Virus record (IMG/VR): IMGVR_UViG_3300015371_000021
Location: 1-64,000 of that record
From: a virus
Length of the DNA stretch: 64,000 bases
Reading direction: 5' to 3' (one strand)
Below are positions 43,381 to 53,895 of this stretch, one piece after another (within the stretch, counting starts at the first letter, position 1; the number at the start of each line of letters is the position of its first letter). The translations under genes were made by a program, and so were the position numbers. The notes below the pieces were generated by a model. That model was not told the origin of the DNA and did not search any database. It worked only from the letters and a program-made list of their open reading frames with translations.

Positions 43381-45437
43381 TAATAACCCCTGCCATCTGC
43401 CGCGACACGATAGCGAAACTTTCCCAGCCGGTTGAAGGAGCCGATGTCGTTGCCCTCCACCAAGATCGCCATCTGACGACCGCGCCCGGCGAACGGCGGG
43501 ATGTACGCCGCGTGCGGCGACCAGGCGAACGGCCCGACGACGCTGTAATCGTCCGACGGTAGGTTGCGAAACAGCAGCGAGATGCGAATTTGCGGCTCGC
43601 CCAAGGTGATGAAGTCCGGAATGAACTGATCGACGAACTCCATGTCCTCGCCCTCGCCGAGGAAGAAGTCCGCGGTCTGCCAGGACCAGGCTATGCCTGT
43701 GCCATTGTCATCGCGCCCAATCTCGTGCTGCAGCATCAGTCCCGACGGATCGGTGCCAAGCGGGATGCCTGGCGCGGAGCCAGCCTGCAGCGTATGGCCG
43801 ACCCAGGCGGTGCGCTGCAGCTGCGGCGAGATCGAGTAATCCCAGGCGTTTTCCACCACGTTGAACTTGACTGAGCCGCGGGTGACGCTGCCCGCAACGT
43901 AGAGGTCTGACGCAGGGTCGATCGGAAAGAACAGCTCGAATTCGTTGTAGGTCGCGTTGACGCCCATGTGAAACAGGCCGGGTTGGTTGAGGTCCCAGTT
44001 GTTGTAGAGGATGTCCCAGACCGAGCACGGCACCGGCTGCGGCGCGCCGCCAGCGATGCTCATCATGTAGAAGCCATGCGGCGATAGCCAGAACACGACC
44101 TGTCCGAGCACCGCAAAGCAGCGCATGCCGAGCAGCCCGCAACGCTGCGCGATCGGCTGAAATCCAAACACGAACGGCAGGCCCATATAGGTCATCGACC
44201 AGGCGCCAAGATCAGTCCAGAGGATGGCACCGAGGCCGGTGGGAAGGCCGCCAACCAGGCGGTTGCCTTGCGGGATGGTAAACGAGCCGGCCTGATTGAA
44301 CTCGGTCGGCACCCAGTCGGTGTAGTCGCCGTTGGTCGACCAGCGCACCAGCATCGGCTGCTGCTGGCCAAACACTTCGGCGCCCAGCGCCACCACCATC
44401 CGGGCCTGCGACATGACGAAGACCGCGGTATTCGCGGTCGGCGCGTCGGGAGAGACAATGGCGGCCGGCACGATGGCCGGTGGGGTCCACTGATAAATTC
44501 CACCGCCGCTCGGGCTGGCGATTAGCACCGCGCCCCAGTTGGTCAGCGACCACTGCCGCATCGGTTGGATCGCCTGCTCGGACGCGAGCGACCCACCATA
44601 GTCTCCGGCGCCGTAGTCGCCGCCGCCATAACCAGAGAGCGCGGTGTCCTGCGCAAAGCCGGTCTGCAGCAGGTAGCGAATTTGCGCCGCACCGCCGTTG
44701 AGCGGCACGGTGGCGCCGCCAGAGGCGGTGTCAGTAACGCTGATGGTAAAGTGCGAACTGTCCGGCACAGTCTCCACGGCATAGAGCCCTTCGACTGTCA
44801 CTCCGGAGAACGTGGTCGGGACCACCGCATTATAGGGCGAGCCGACGGCAAGACCGTGTTGCGGGAATTCCACCGTGATCACCGCGCTGCCGCCGGTCGA
44901 CGTGTAGGTCGGCACCACCCCGCCCGACGTGGTAAACGTCGCGGGTGTCGCTGCCTCGACGGTGTATTCCGTGCCGCCGCCGGCACCCGATACCTGGTAG
45001 ATACCAAACAGGATCAGCCCGTCGATCGAGACCGGTGTGGCGATGCTGATCCAGTCGCCAATCTGCGGCGCGTGGTCCGGGTCATCGATGGTGACCGCGG
45101 TGGACCCACCCTGCGTCGAGAAGGCCGGCAGCGGATTGGTGGTCGCCTGTAAGGGCGTAATGTCATCGATCACGCCGCCGGTGAACACTTCCAGCCGCTG
45201 CTCAGTACCGGCGACGATGTAGGAGTTGCCCTTGAGATCATCGAAGGCATGCAGCCCGCTACAGGTGCCGATCAGACGTTCGGCGGTCAGTTGCTGCCAC
45301 CCGCCACGCTTTTCCGGCAGACCCGAACGGAACCGGATTAGCCGAGATGTATTCAGCTTGGTCTGGTTAGTCGTCGGGGTGTTCTGGACGTCGACCCCTG
45401 GCTCCAGGGTGAGGTCACGGTAAGCCACGGGTGTCAC
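43380..45437 (-). CDS. tail tubular/nozzle (P22 gp10-like stabilisation) protein
   Basis: PGVD..TPT, IRFRSGLPEKRGGW, VRWS..DY..W.PT..NQAGS, GR..RYRVAADGR. Confidence 0.8.
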   Translation of the reverse strand: MTPVAYRDLTLEPGVDVQNTPTTNQTKLNTSRLIRFRSGLPEKRGGWQQLTAERLIGTCSGLHAFDDLKGNSYIVAGTEQRLEVFTGGVIDDITPLQATTNPLPAFSTQGGSTAVTIDDPDHAPQIGDWISIATPVSIDGLILFGIYQVSGAGGGTEYTVEAATPATFTTSGGVVPTYTSTGGSAVITVEFPQHGLAVGSPYNAVVPTTFSGVTVEGLYAVETVPDSSHFTISVTDTASGGATVPLNGGAAQIRYLLQTGFAQDTALSGYGGGDYGAGDYGGSLASEQAIQPMRQWSLTNWGAVLIASPSGGGIYQWTPPAIVPAAIVSPDAPTANTAVFVMSQARMVVALGAEVFGQQQPMLVRWSTNGDYTDWVPTEFNQAGSFTIPQGNRLVGGLPTGLGAILWTDLGAWSMTYMGLPFVFGFQPIAQRCGLLGMRCFAVLGQVVFWLSPHGFYMMSIAGGAPQPVPCSVWDILYNNWDLNQPGLFHMGVNATYNEFELFFPIDPASDLYVAGSVTRGSVKFNVVENAWDYSISPQLQRTAWVGHTLQAGSAPGIPLGTDPSGLMLQHEIGRDDNGTGIAWSWQTADFFLGEGEDMEFVDQFIPDFITLGEPQIRISLLFRNLPSDDYSVVGPFAWSPHAAYIPPFAGRGRQMAILVEGNDIGSFNRLGKFRYRVAADGRGY

Positions 45438-47202
45438 CTGCCGTCGCGGCCTTCAGTTCATCCAGCTCACGCATGACGTGTTGCAGTGCAGCAGTTAGGT
45501 AGGCGACGTCGTGCGCATAGTCGCGCGTCAGGCGATAGCCGCCCGCTACAGTGCCGTCGCTCTCGGCGTATTCGGGGCGCGCGTCCGGCACCGGCACCAG
45601 CGCGGCGCCGCGTCCGTTGATCCATTCCTCTTGGGCGATAAAGCCCGAGGAGTCCTTGCCGCCCTTCCAGGTAAAGGTGACCGGCCTGGCACGGTCGATC
45701 CACTCGCGCGCTCGCGCGGGGGAGATGGTTTCGATGGCTTCCTTGGCGCGGGCATCAGACGTGGTGAAGAAACCCTGGCCGACATAGGAGTTCGATGCGT
45801 TGCAACCGATCGCGACCGGACCCCATGCGCCTGGCGTGGTCGCAACGGATGGTTGGATGACGTAGCAGCCGTTGCCACTGATCGCGGCTGCGCCGCCGAG
45901 AGAGACCAGGCCACTAACATTGAGGGTAGTGCTGACCGATACACTCCCGGTCACGGCGAGGGTCGTCAGGAAGGCCCCGGACGCATTGAGTATGTGCGCG
46001 CCGCTGCCCGCATTGATCGTCGGCGCGGTGACAGTTGGAGCGGTGAGCAAATTCCCCGAGACCGTGCCGGACGCAGTGAGCGATGGGGCGGTGATTGCCG
46101 GGGCGGTGAGGTCCGTCGCGGTGAGCGTAATGCCGCCCGAGGTGTTGACGGTGAACCCGGCGCCCCCGCCGCCATGGTACTGTATATACTGACCGGAGGC
46201 GAAGTTGAGCTGCTGATTACCCGACGCGTTCGGCTCGGCGTAGAACTGCGCACCGGTGCCGAAATTCGTTCGACCGTTGACGGTCAGGTTGCCGGTAATG
46301 GTCTGGCTGCCGTTGACCGTGCCACCCGAATTGGTGGCGGCTGAGCCGGTGATGTTGATCGCGTAAGTGCCGCCGTCGTTCAACACCGGCTGCGCGCCGG
46401 AGACTGTCAGGCCGCCATTACACGCCGTCGTACCGCCCACGATAAGCGCGCCGCCGATCGATGTTCCGGCGTGGGTACCGTCGATCGACACCGCGCCGGT
46501 GCTCATGTTCCAAGAGAACGGCCGGAGACTGTCCCACGACCCGAACGGTTGGCCAGCCGCCGTCTGCATGAAGAACGTGGAGGAGCCGTCGTTATGGATG
46601 AACATGGCGCGCCCGCCACCGATGGCGCGGAATTGAGCGCCGCCTTGGTCGGTGCCCTGTGCGGTGATGCCACCTGACGCGGAGAACATGCCGCCACCCG
46701 AGGCGATAGCCCCGCCGGCGGAGATGTTCGCGGTGACGTTTGCGCTGCCGCCGACGGTCAGATCGCCGGTCGTGGTTTGTCCGCCGACGCCGACGTTCAG
46801 CGACGAGACATTGGTGAAGCCGTCGGTCCAGTAGAGATACCAGAGATTGTCGTTGGGCACGGTCAGCGTTGTCCCGCCGCCAGCAGTCAGGGTCAGTATC
46901 TGCCCACCGGTGGTCGCGTTCCGCACGTAGCCGATTTTCTGCACGTTCGGCATGTGAATATTGCAGGCGCTCGCCAACGTGCCGATGAAAGTCTTCATCC
47001 GATAGCGCCGCTCGTCGGGCACACCATTGCCAACGGTGAGCGTGTAATCGAGCCGGTTGGAGATATCGATTGTCACGAGCCCGTCGAGCGACTGGTCCTC
47101 CAAGGTCGCGTTGGTGCTGTTCGGCGCGCCCCAGGAATTGCGAATCGACGGATCGAACGGCTGCAGCACCGCAAAGCCGTTCGACTGGGTATACGTAGTC
47201 AT
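45415..47202 (-). CDS. tail fibre with C-terminal intramolecular chaperone (peptidase S74)
   Basis: TSDARAKEAI...GFIAQE...DY..VAYLTAALQ + coiled coil. Confidence 0.85.
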   Translation of the reverse strand: MTTYTQSNGFAVLQPFDPSIRNSWGAPNSTNATLEDQSLDGLVTIDISNRLDYTLTVGNGVPDERRYRMKTFIGTLASACNIHMPNVQKIGYVRNATTGGQILTLTAGGGTTLTVPNDNLWYLYWTDGFTNVSSLNVGVGGQTTTGDLTVGGSANVTANISAGGAIASGGGMFSASGGITAQGTDQGGAQFRAIGGGRAMFIHNDGSSTFFMQTAAGQPFGSWDSLRPFSWNMSTGAVSIDGTHAGTSIGGALIVGGTTACNGGLTVSGAQPVLNDGGTYAINITGSAATNSGGTVNGSQTITGNLTVNGRTNFGTGAQFYAEPNASGNQQLNFASGQYIQYHGGGGAGFTVNTSGGITLTATDLTAPAITAPSLTASGTVSGNLLTAPTVTAPTINAGSGAHILNASGAFLTTLAVTGSVSVSTTLNVSGLVSLGGAAAISGNGCYVIQPSVATTPGAWGPVAIGCNASNSYVGQGFFTTSDARAKEAIETISPARAREWIDRARPVTFTWKGGKDSSGFIAQEEWINGRGAALVPVPDARPEYAESDGTVAGGYRLTRDYAHDVAYLTAALQHVMRELDELKAATAGDTRGLP

Positions 47203-47912
47203 GCGGCTCTCCTATCCGCGTCGGACATGCCGCGGCGGCGCATCTCCTCACCCTTGGCCGCGGCTAGGTGTTTCGTGAAGAGCGCTTCCCAGCTGAGCGC
47301 CTGGCCGGTTTCGTCGGCCGCAGCGCCGTAGTTACGATTGAGCGCGCCCGCAAGAAATACGCAGATCGCCGCCTGCAGCAGCTCGGGATACTGACGCGAC
47401 AGATAGGTTGAGGGATTGGTTACGCTCATCGGTGAGGCGGCAAACAACCCACCGAGTCTGACCGTGTAAGCATTGTCCGGCGTTGGTGCGATCACCACGC
47501 TGGTCGCGTCACGCAGCGCCCAATAGCGCCCGCCCTGCCAGGTCAGCGATGGCATCATGGTGGTGAATTCGTTGGGCCAGACGCGATCGATGAAATCGAT
47601 GCTGACCCGATCGAAGGGAATCAGCCCGCCATTGACCACCAGGCGAAGCACTTCCGGCGTAACCAGCGGCAGCGGGGTCGCGGACAGATCGATGACACGC
47701 GATCCCGTGGTGGTCGACGCAGAACTGTCCTCGACATACGACGCGATGAAAGGAATTTCATGGTAGATGCGCGTCTCGGCGGTACTTACGGCAATCGGGA
47801 ACTGGGCGAGGAACAGCGTGTCGTAGACCGGTGTGGTTGGCACAGGCGACGGCAAACGCCCCATTGCAATGGCACAGGATTGCATCAGCGAGGACCAGGT
47901 TTGCTCAGCCAT
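47199..47912 (-). CDS. head-tail adaptor / tail tubular protein A
   Basis: AETRIY...IAPTPDNAYTV...TYLS..YPELL. Confidence 0.75.
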   Translation of the reverse strand: MAEQTWSSLMQSCAIAMGRLPSPVPTTPVYDTLFLAQFPIAVSTAETRIYHEIPFIASYVEDSSASTTTGSRVIDLSATPLPLVTPEVLRLVVNGGLIPFDRVSIDFIDRVWPNEFTTMMPSLTWQGGRYWALRDATSVVIAPTPDNAYTVRLGGLFAASPMSVTNPSTYLSRQYPELLQAAICVFLAGALNRNYGAAADETGQALSWEALFTKHLAAAKGEEMRRRGMSDADRRAA

Positions 47913-47924
47913 CGTGGATGTCCA

Positions 47925-48122
47925 TCAACGCGCCCGCCAGCCGATTGTCGTCGGACGCACCTGACTGCCGATGTTGAACCCCTGAGTGAATGCGTCGCGC
48001 TTAAACCCGCCAGCCGCACCTCCGCCGGCACCGATCGCGCCCTCTGACCGCCGCGCGCGCCAGGGCAGCAGAAACGCCAACAAAAGTGCGCCTAGCGAAC
48101 GGCGACTAAGTAACGCTCTCAT
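47925..48122 (-). CDS. small protein with twin-arginine-like signal
   Basis: ATGA-coupled; MRALLSRRSLGALLLAFLLPW. Confidence 0.55.
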   Translation of the reverse strand: MRALLSRRSLGALLLAFLLPWRARRSEGAIGAGGGAAGGFKRDAFTQGFNIGSQVRPTTIGWRAR

Positions 48123-50857
48123 CCGGTGCGTCCGTTGATAAAGGCGGTGATGGTGCCAGTCGTCTTGGTAAAGCAGGTCGTTGCACTGGAAACCACCGCA
48201 GTGATGCCGGTGGAGAACACCTGCGGTGGCCCCGGGGAATAGTCGATCTGTGCGTAGCTCGACGCCGGTAGCGGCACGCACGCGAGTGGCGTGACTGCGC
48301 CATCTGCTGGTGACGTGGTGGAATTCAGCACCAGCAGGAACCCAGCAGTCGATGTCAGGTTGGTCGCGTAGACGCTGTACAGATTGCCAGCGCTGGCCTT
48401 CAGCACGTGATTATTCTCAGCCGCACTGGAAACCACAGAAGTAATACCGGCGGCGGAGGCGGACGTCGGCGCGACGGTGGTCTGCACCGGCGTCATGCCG
48501 GACGAGCCCTGCACCGTCCACGGACCAGACGCCTGAGTGACGGCGCCGATCGTGTTCGAGCCCGGCGGCAACTGGGTATTCACGGTGACCAGCGTGTTGC
48601 CGCCGCTGTCACACTGCACCGGCGAAGAGCGGGTGGAGGTAATAGCGGTCGGCGCGGTGTTGAACTGACAGCCGGTGAGAATGGCGTTGGCCGGGGACAC
48701 CGCGTTCTGCCCGGCAAAGTCCAGCACCGCCCCACCATTGCCGAGCAGGTTCACCGTCGCCTTCAGATTAGCCGCAGTCGCCTGCGCCACGGTGGCATTC
48801 AGGTTGGCCGCGGTGGATTGGCTGACTACGAGCGCCGTGCCGTTGGCACCGGTGTTGGCGAGCGACACCTGCAGGGGAGTGGTGGACGTGCCGACCTCGG
48901 TGCCGGAGGCGTCACGCAGGTTGGAAAACAGCGCCCGCTGCGCCGTCACCTGAAACGCACCCTGCTGCCCGGTAGTGAGTGCGTTGGAGGTGGCGGTGGT
49001 CTGGAAAAAGCCGCCCACCAGGGTCTGCGGCGAGGTGCTGGCGGTGAAGGTACTCTTGTCCGCCGCTGTCGTGGTCGTGCAGCCGCTGTCGCAGACGATG
49101 TGCAGATTGGTGCCGGTGGCCTGGGACACCGTCGCATTCAAGTTCGACGCCGTCGACTGGCTTACCTGGATCGGCGTCATTGAGGCGATGCCCTGGACTG
49201 TCATCACGCCGGTGTCTGACGTCCCGGCAGTGCCTGCTCCCGTCGCCTGCGTCTTTAGGTTCGACGCGGTGGCCTGGCTGACATTGGCATTGAGGTTCGC
49301 CGCCGTGCTCTGCACCACAGTCGCGTTCAAGTTGGCCGCTGTGCTCTGCGCCGCCGTCACCAGCACCGCCGTGCCATTGGCTGCCGTGTTAGCCAGTGAG
49401 ACCTGTACCGGCGTGGTCGAAGTGCCGATTTCCGTGCCCGACGCGTTGCGCAGGTTGGTGAACAGCGCGCGATTCGCGGTGACCTGAAACGCGCCCATCT
49501 GGCCGGTGGTCAGCGCGTTGTTTGTCGCGGTGGTCTGAAACACGCCACCGATTGGCGTCTGCGAGGTGGTGCTGAATGTAAAGGTCGACGCGTCGGCCGG
49601 TGCGGTCGAGGACGAGCAACCGCTGTCGCAGGAAACATGCAGGCTGGCGCCAGACGACTGTGCCACGGTGACCGCCGTCCCCGAGGCGATGCCCTGGATG
49701 GTCTGCACGCCGGTGTCAGGCGTGCCTGCAGTACCCGCGCCGGTGACCTTAGCGTTCAGGTTCGCTGCGGTACTCTGCACCACGGTCGCGTTAAGATTCC
49801 CGGCCGTCGCCTGCGACACCTGCACCGGCGTCATTGACGCGATGCCTTGGACCGTCAGCACGCCCGCGTTGGCCGTGCCGGCGGTGCCGGCACCGATAAC
49901 GGTCGCGTTCAGATTGGCCGCCGCGGCCTGACTGACGGTGACCGGTGTGGCGTTGGAAGCAGTGTTGGCAAGCGAGACCTGCAGCGGCACAGCAGCGACC
50001 CCGGCCTCAGCCCCCGTTGCGTTGCGCAGGTTGACATGCAGTGCGCGGTTAATCGTCGCTTGCACCGCGCCCATCTGACCCGAGGTCAATGGATTGGACG
50101 TCGCCGTCGTCTGATATACCGCGCCGATCGGCGTCTGCGATGACGAGCCGAAGGTAAATGCCCCCTGATCGGCCGGCGCTCCGGTAGCCGAGCAGCCACT
50201 ATCGCAGACCATGTGCAAATTGGACCCGGTGCCTTGGACAGCGGTGACCGTGCCGGATACCGTCGCCAGCAAATTGCCGGCGCTGGCATTGTTGACGATC
50301 AGCGGGGTCATCCCCGAGATGCCTTGCACCGTCTGCACCCCGGTGTCAGCGGTGCCTGCGGTGCCGGCGCCAGTCGCCTGCGTCTTCAAATTCGCCGCGG
50401 TGGATTGGATTGCCGTCACAGACCCGCCGGCTTGCACCGAGACAGAGACCGGGGTCATGCCCGCGATACCCTGGACGGTCATCACGCCAGCATTCGCCGT
50501 ACCCGCTGCCCCAGCACCGACCACGGTCGCGTTCAGATTTGCCGCCGTCGCGTTGTTGACGATCACCGGCGTCATCGACGCGATGCCCTGAATCGTCAGC
50601 ACGCCAGCGTCAGCAGTTCCTGCGGTACCCTTACCGGTCGCGAGCACAGAGAGTCCAAGCGTCGCAGAAACCGGCGCGCAGGTGTTCGGATCAGTCGCGT
50701 CGCAGGTAATACCGCGGTTAGAGAACTGGCCGCCGATATTGGCCTTCACGTTCATCTGCTGATTGGCGCCGTCGGCGTCTTTGATCTTCAGTCCGTCGGC
50801 GTGCGCCGGGACCGATACCAAGAGCAGGAGAAGAGCAACGATCCATCGCGCCATCAC
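48119..50857 (-). CDS. signal-peptide-bearing repetitive adhesin/structural protein
   Basis: MMARWIVALLLLLVSVPAHA; repeats GAGTAGT.D.GV.TVQGI, QSTAANLNATV, CDSGC x3. Confidence 0.8.
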   Translation of the reverse strand: MMARWIVALLLLLVSVPAHADGLKIKDADGANQQMNVKANIGGQFSNRGITCDATDPNTCAPVSATLGLSVLATGKGTAGTADAGVLTIQGIASMTPVIVNNATAANLNATVVGAGAAGTANAGVMTVQGIAGMTPVSVSVQAGGSVTAIQSTAANLKTQATGAGTAGTADTGVQTVQGISGMTPLIVNNASAGNLLATVSGTVTAVQGTGSNLHMVCDSGCSATGAPADQGAFTFGSSSQTPIGAVYQTTATSNPLTSGQMGAVQATINRALHVNLRNATGAEAGVAAVPLQVSLANTASNATPVTVSQAAAANLNATVIGAGTAGTANAGVLTVQGIASMTPVQVSQATAGNLNATVVQSTAANLNAKVTGAGTAGTPDTGVQTIQGIASGTAVTVAQSSGASLHVSCDSGCSSSTAPADASTFTFSTTSQTPIGGVFQTTATNNALTTGQMGAFQVTANRALFTNLRNASGTEIGTSTTPVQVSLANTAANGTAVLVTAAQSTAANLNATVVQSTAANLNANVSQATASNLKTQATGAGTAGTSDTGVMTVQGIASMTPIQVSQSTASNLNATVSQATGTNLHIVCDSGCTTTTAADKSTFTASTSPQTLVGGFFQTTATSNALTTGQQGAFQVTAQRALFSNLRDASGTEVGTSTTPLQVSLANTGANGTALVVSQSTAANLNATVAQATAANLKATVNLLGNGGAVLDFAGQNAVSPANAILTGCQFNTAPTAITSTRSSPVQCDSGGNTLVTVNTQLPPGSNTIGAVTQASGPWTVQGSSGMTPVQTTVAPTSASAAGITSVVSSAAENNHVLKASAGNLYSVYATNLTSTAGFLLVLNSTTSPADGAVTPLACVPLPASSYAQIDYSPGPPQVFSTGITAVVSSATTCFTKTTGTITAFINGRTG

Positions 50858-51471
50858 GAGATCACCGGTAGGTATTGCGTATTGTCTGGGTCGGAGAAAT
50901 CCAACTGCCCTTGCTGCCCACCCGGAGGCACCGGCGTCGTTCCAGGTCCCGCGTCGACCATGATCGGGACGCCCTGATCGTCGGTGATGATGTTGCCCTG
51001 ATCGTCGGTGAGATACGCGAACAGCTCAGCCGGCGGTGGTGGCGGGGGTGGTGGTGGCGCCGCCTGTCCCCGGTCAAGCATGATCGGCTTGCCGAGATCA
51101 TCGGTGATGACGTTCCCCAGGTCGTCGGTCAGGAAGTCAAACAGCGGTTCGACGAACGGCGGCACCGCCTCGAATGGCTCGAATGGGAAGAACGGCGGCG
51201 GCGCGGGGCCTGCCTGCTGCGTCACATAACCAGGGCGCGGGTGCTTCAGTGGCCGCGGATCAGGCGGGATGACGATCGGTCGTAGGTGATGGTGCGGCCG
51301 GTCCTCACAGGTCCCGCACACCAGAATGCGCAGATTAGCCAATTGCGGGCCGCGAAAGTCGTGCTGCCAGCGCAGATCACCGAGCCAATAGCGATGGTTG
51401 CAGCGGTCGCAGTAGCCGATCGGCTGCGGCTTATTGAGGTCAGCATAGTTGCGGGTGAGGCCCTTACCCAT
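50854..51471 (-). CDS. CxxC-CxxC virion-module protein with duplicated acidic LTDD.GN.ITDD.G motif
   Basis: CDRC...VCGTCED.PH; two C-terminal repeats. Confidence 0.7.
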   Translation of the reverse strand: MGKGLTRNYADLNKPQPIGYCDRCNHRYWLGDLRWQHDFRGPQLANLRILVCGTCEDRPHHHLRPIVIPPDPRPLKHPRPGYVTQQAGPAPPPFFPFEPFEAVPPFVEPLFDFLTDDLGNVITDDLGKPIMLDRGQAAPPPPPPPPPAELFAYLTDDQGNIITDDQGVPIMVDAGPGTTPVPPGGQQGQLDFSDPDNTQYLPVIS

Positions 51472-52672
51472 AGTAGGCCGCAAAATCTGGCACGATGTAG
51501 GTCGATACCCGTTCGCGGTCCTCGCCCGCCACCTCTTGCCATTTCATGCCCGCATAGGCCGTCAGCGGCACCGCGCGGTCGGGTGCAAACTTGGTCGCCA
51601 GCATGGCGGCCAGCTCCGCGGTGTAGGCCTCCAGAAACCGGAACGGCGCCTGCAGCTGCAGGCCGTTGATGATATCGGCGTCCTGGATTTGCCGCGAGCG
51701 GCGATAGCGCAGCTCGAACGGTCCGGTGTTGTCCGGCGCTGGCCAGACGTTGATCACCGGCACGACCTGCCGATCGATCCAAAACGAGGTCGGCCGTGCC
51801 TGCTGGGATTTATTCGGAATCGCCATGTATTCGTCGCGACTAATTGCCCATAGCAATAGATCAGTCGGATTGGATGCGAACCCGATCCCAGCCACCTGCG
51901 ACGACAAGAGCGTCTTGCCGCCGTTCTCGGCCAGATTGGTGTTAAACCCCGCCTTAAACGAAGCGAGGATTTGGAACGTGGAGCCGGTCAGGCTGGTCGG
52001 CTGCACGGTATAGGGGCCGAACAGCTGACCACCGCCGATCGCCGTTGGCCGCTCGACGGTGAACGTCTGTCCCGCCAACTTGCCGTGATTGGCGAAGGTG
52101 ACGGTGACAACGTTCGAGGCCTGCGTCATAGCAAACACCGGCACCGAGCCGCCTGGCGTCGAGATGCTGATAGTCGCCGGCTTGCCGGCATTGATCACCG
52201 CATAGCCCGAAGACGGCACAGACTGCACCTGATAGGTGCCGCTAATGATCAGGCCACCAACCGAAACCTGCACCCCGACATTGATGTAGCTGCCGACCGT
52301 CGGGGTGACCGGGAACCCGCCGATGGCGACATTGGCTGAACCGAGATTGGTGGCAAACGCCGGGGTCACCGAGGTCGGCGCGCCCATCATGTATTGGCGC
52401 ATGGTGACCGAGGCCGGCAGGATATCAACGCAGGACGCGTCGTCGAAATACTGCGTCACCCCTTGCGGCATCGGCTGCACAACCTCTTGCACCGTCCAGA
52501 GGTTGATGCCGCGATTGCTCCAGCTCGACAGCACGAAATTCATCGAGCGGCGCACCGAGGTCGTGCGCTCGTTATTCAGCGAGGTCGCTGGCAACCCGCA
52601 CCGCTCAAGCGCGTCGATCGCTATCTCGCTCAGAGCGGGCGCGAAGGCGTAGGTGCCCGTCGTGCCGCTCAT
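51464..52672 (-). CDS. head-tail adaptor / tail tubular protein with inserted beta domains
   Basis: WSNRGINLWT...ISRDEY.AIPNK.QQARP..W.DRQ...PFRFLEA. Confidence 0.75.
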   Translation of the reverse strand: MSGTTGTYAFAPALSEIAIDALERCGLPATSLNNERTTSVRRSMNFVLSSWSNRGINLWTVQEVVQPMPQGVTQYFDDASCVDILPASVTMRQYMMGAPTSVTPAFATNLGSANVAIGGFPVTPTVGSYINVGVQVSVGGLIISGTYQVQSVPSSGYAVINAGKPATISISTPGGSVPVFAMTQASNVVTVTFANHGKLAGQTFTVERPTAIGGGQLFGPYTVQPTSLTGSTFQILASFKAGFNTNLAENGGKTLLSSQVAGIGFASNPTDLLLWAISRDEYMAIPNKSQQARPTSFWIDRQVVPVINVWPAPDNTGPFELRYRRSRQIQDADIINGLQLQAPFRFLEAYTAELAAMLATKFAPDRAVPLTAYAGMKWQEVAGEDRERVSTYIVPDFAAYYG

Positions 52673-52681
52673 GGCCCAGGA

Positions 52682-52909
52682 CTACCCCTTGCCGATGTCG
52701 GGATACTTCCGATGCACTGCGGCGCGCACCCGAGCCTTTTCCGACGATGAGCCGTGCTGGCTAACGCGCGCCAATGCGTTAGCCGCGTGGCTTCGGTCTG
52801 GAATAGGATAGCTCCCGGCGCCCGCACCTTTCGGTCCTTTCCCGTGGCCAGGTAAGGCAAAGCTCGACTTCGGCATCGTCTGCCGCTGCTTCGCGGTCAG
52901 CCGGCTCAT
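52682..52909 (-). CDS. small basic head-module protein
   Basis: RLTAKQR..MPKSSFALP...YPIPDRSHAANALARV. Confidence 0.7.
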   Translation of the reverse strand: MSRLTAKQRQTMPKSSFALPGHGKGPKGAGAGSYPIPDRSHAANALARVSQHGSSSEKARVRAAVHRKYPDIGKG

Positions 52910-53223
52910 ACCGTCGGCGCCTGCTCGCCCGGACCGCAGCTGCTGTTCTTGCCCTTGGGCGCGGTCGCAGAGCGGTCCGCCGAGTATGGCGAGCTGGAGC
53001 CGCCACGCGCCCGGCCCTTGCGGATCGCACCGCCACGCGCACGCCCCATGTGATGCTTGCCGCCTTCGCCTTCGACCGCGCCGCCATCGGCCCGACATTT
53101 GCTGCCGCCGCGCTTGAAGCCCTCGCTCTTGGCATCGATGTTCTCCGCCGCTGGCGAGCCCTTCGCGTTGTAGAGGTTCATCGAGCCGCCTGACTTGCGC
53201 GACCGCCGGTTTTTGTATGCCAT
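52906..53223 (-). CDS. small basic protein with repeated xxxGG motifs
   Basis: RKSGG, FKRGG, RADGG, RARGG x2. Confidence 0.7.
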   Translation of the reverse strand: MAYKNRRSRKSGGSMNLYNAKGSPAAENIDAKSEGFKRGGSKCRADGGAVEGEGGKHHMGRARGGAIRKGRARGGSSSPYSADRSATAPKGKNSSCGPGEQAPTV

Positions 53224-53244
53224 TCGGATAGCTCCTGCCTTCCG

Positions 53245-53895
53245 TTAGCGGTTAGTGATGCCGGCCTGGACCACCTGCGCGGTGAGCGTGCCGGTGCCGG
53301 CGGTAATCGTAAGACGCACGCCGGTGATGGGGTTGGTAAGCGCCGTGACACCGGCGGCGCTCCCCGAGGCGATCGGTGTCGCCACGTTGATCGTCGAGGT
53401 GACGTTCAGCGTCGGGCCGGACGGCGCTGACCAGAAGTCGTCGCAGGTGCTCTCGCCCTGATAGGTCACAGACCCACTCAACTGGGTCGAGACATTAACT
53501 GCGAACGGCGTCAGGTTGGTGTTGCACCGCCCCCACCGGGTCGAGCCGGTGGTGGTAGTGCCGATGCTGATCGTCGTGGCGATCGCCCCGTCCACCCCGA
53601 CCCTGGTGACCGTTTTGTAGTCCAGCACCGAGTTGGCGGTGCCGGCGCTGGTCAGCTGCACAGTCTCGGAGATGATCGCCCCGTCGTCGTTGGTGCCGAC
53701 CACCGTCGCGCGGCGCGCGCTGTCATTGCCGCCCGACGTAAGCGCCAGCCGGCGCTGGGTGGTAAACGTCGCCACCCCGCCAGAGACTGACCCGCCATTC
53801 AGGGTCAGATTGCCGGCCGCCGCGAGCGCCCCAGCGTTAACGACCGCGGTTGCGGACGCCGCGGTCATCACCTTGGTCAGGTTAACCGGGATCAT
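53245..53895 (-). CDS. structural (decoration-like) protein
   Basis: Downstream of MCP, T/G/A-rich. Confidence 0.7.
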   Translation of the reverse strand: MIPVNLTKVMTAASATAVVNAGALAAAGNLTLNGGSVSGGVATFTTQRRLALTSGGNDSARRATVVGTNDDGAIISETVQLTSAGTANSVLDYKTVTRVGVDGAIATTISIGTTTTGSTRWGRCNTNLTPFAVNVSTQLSGSVTYQGESTCDDFWSAPSGPTLNVTSTINVATPIASGSAAGVTALTNPITGVRLTITAGTGTLTAQVVQAGITNR

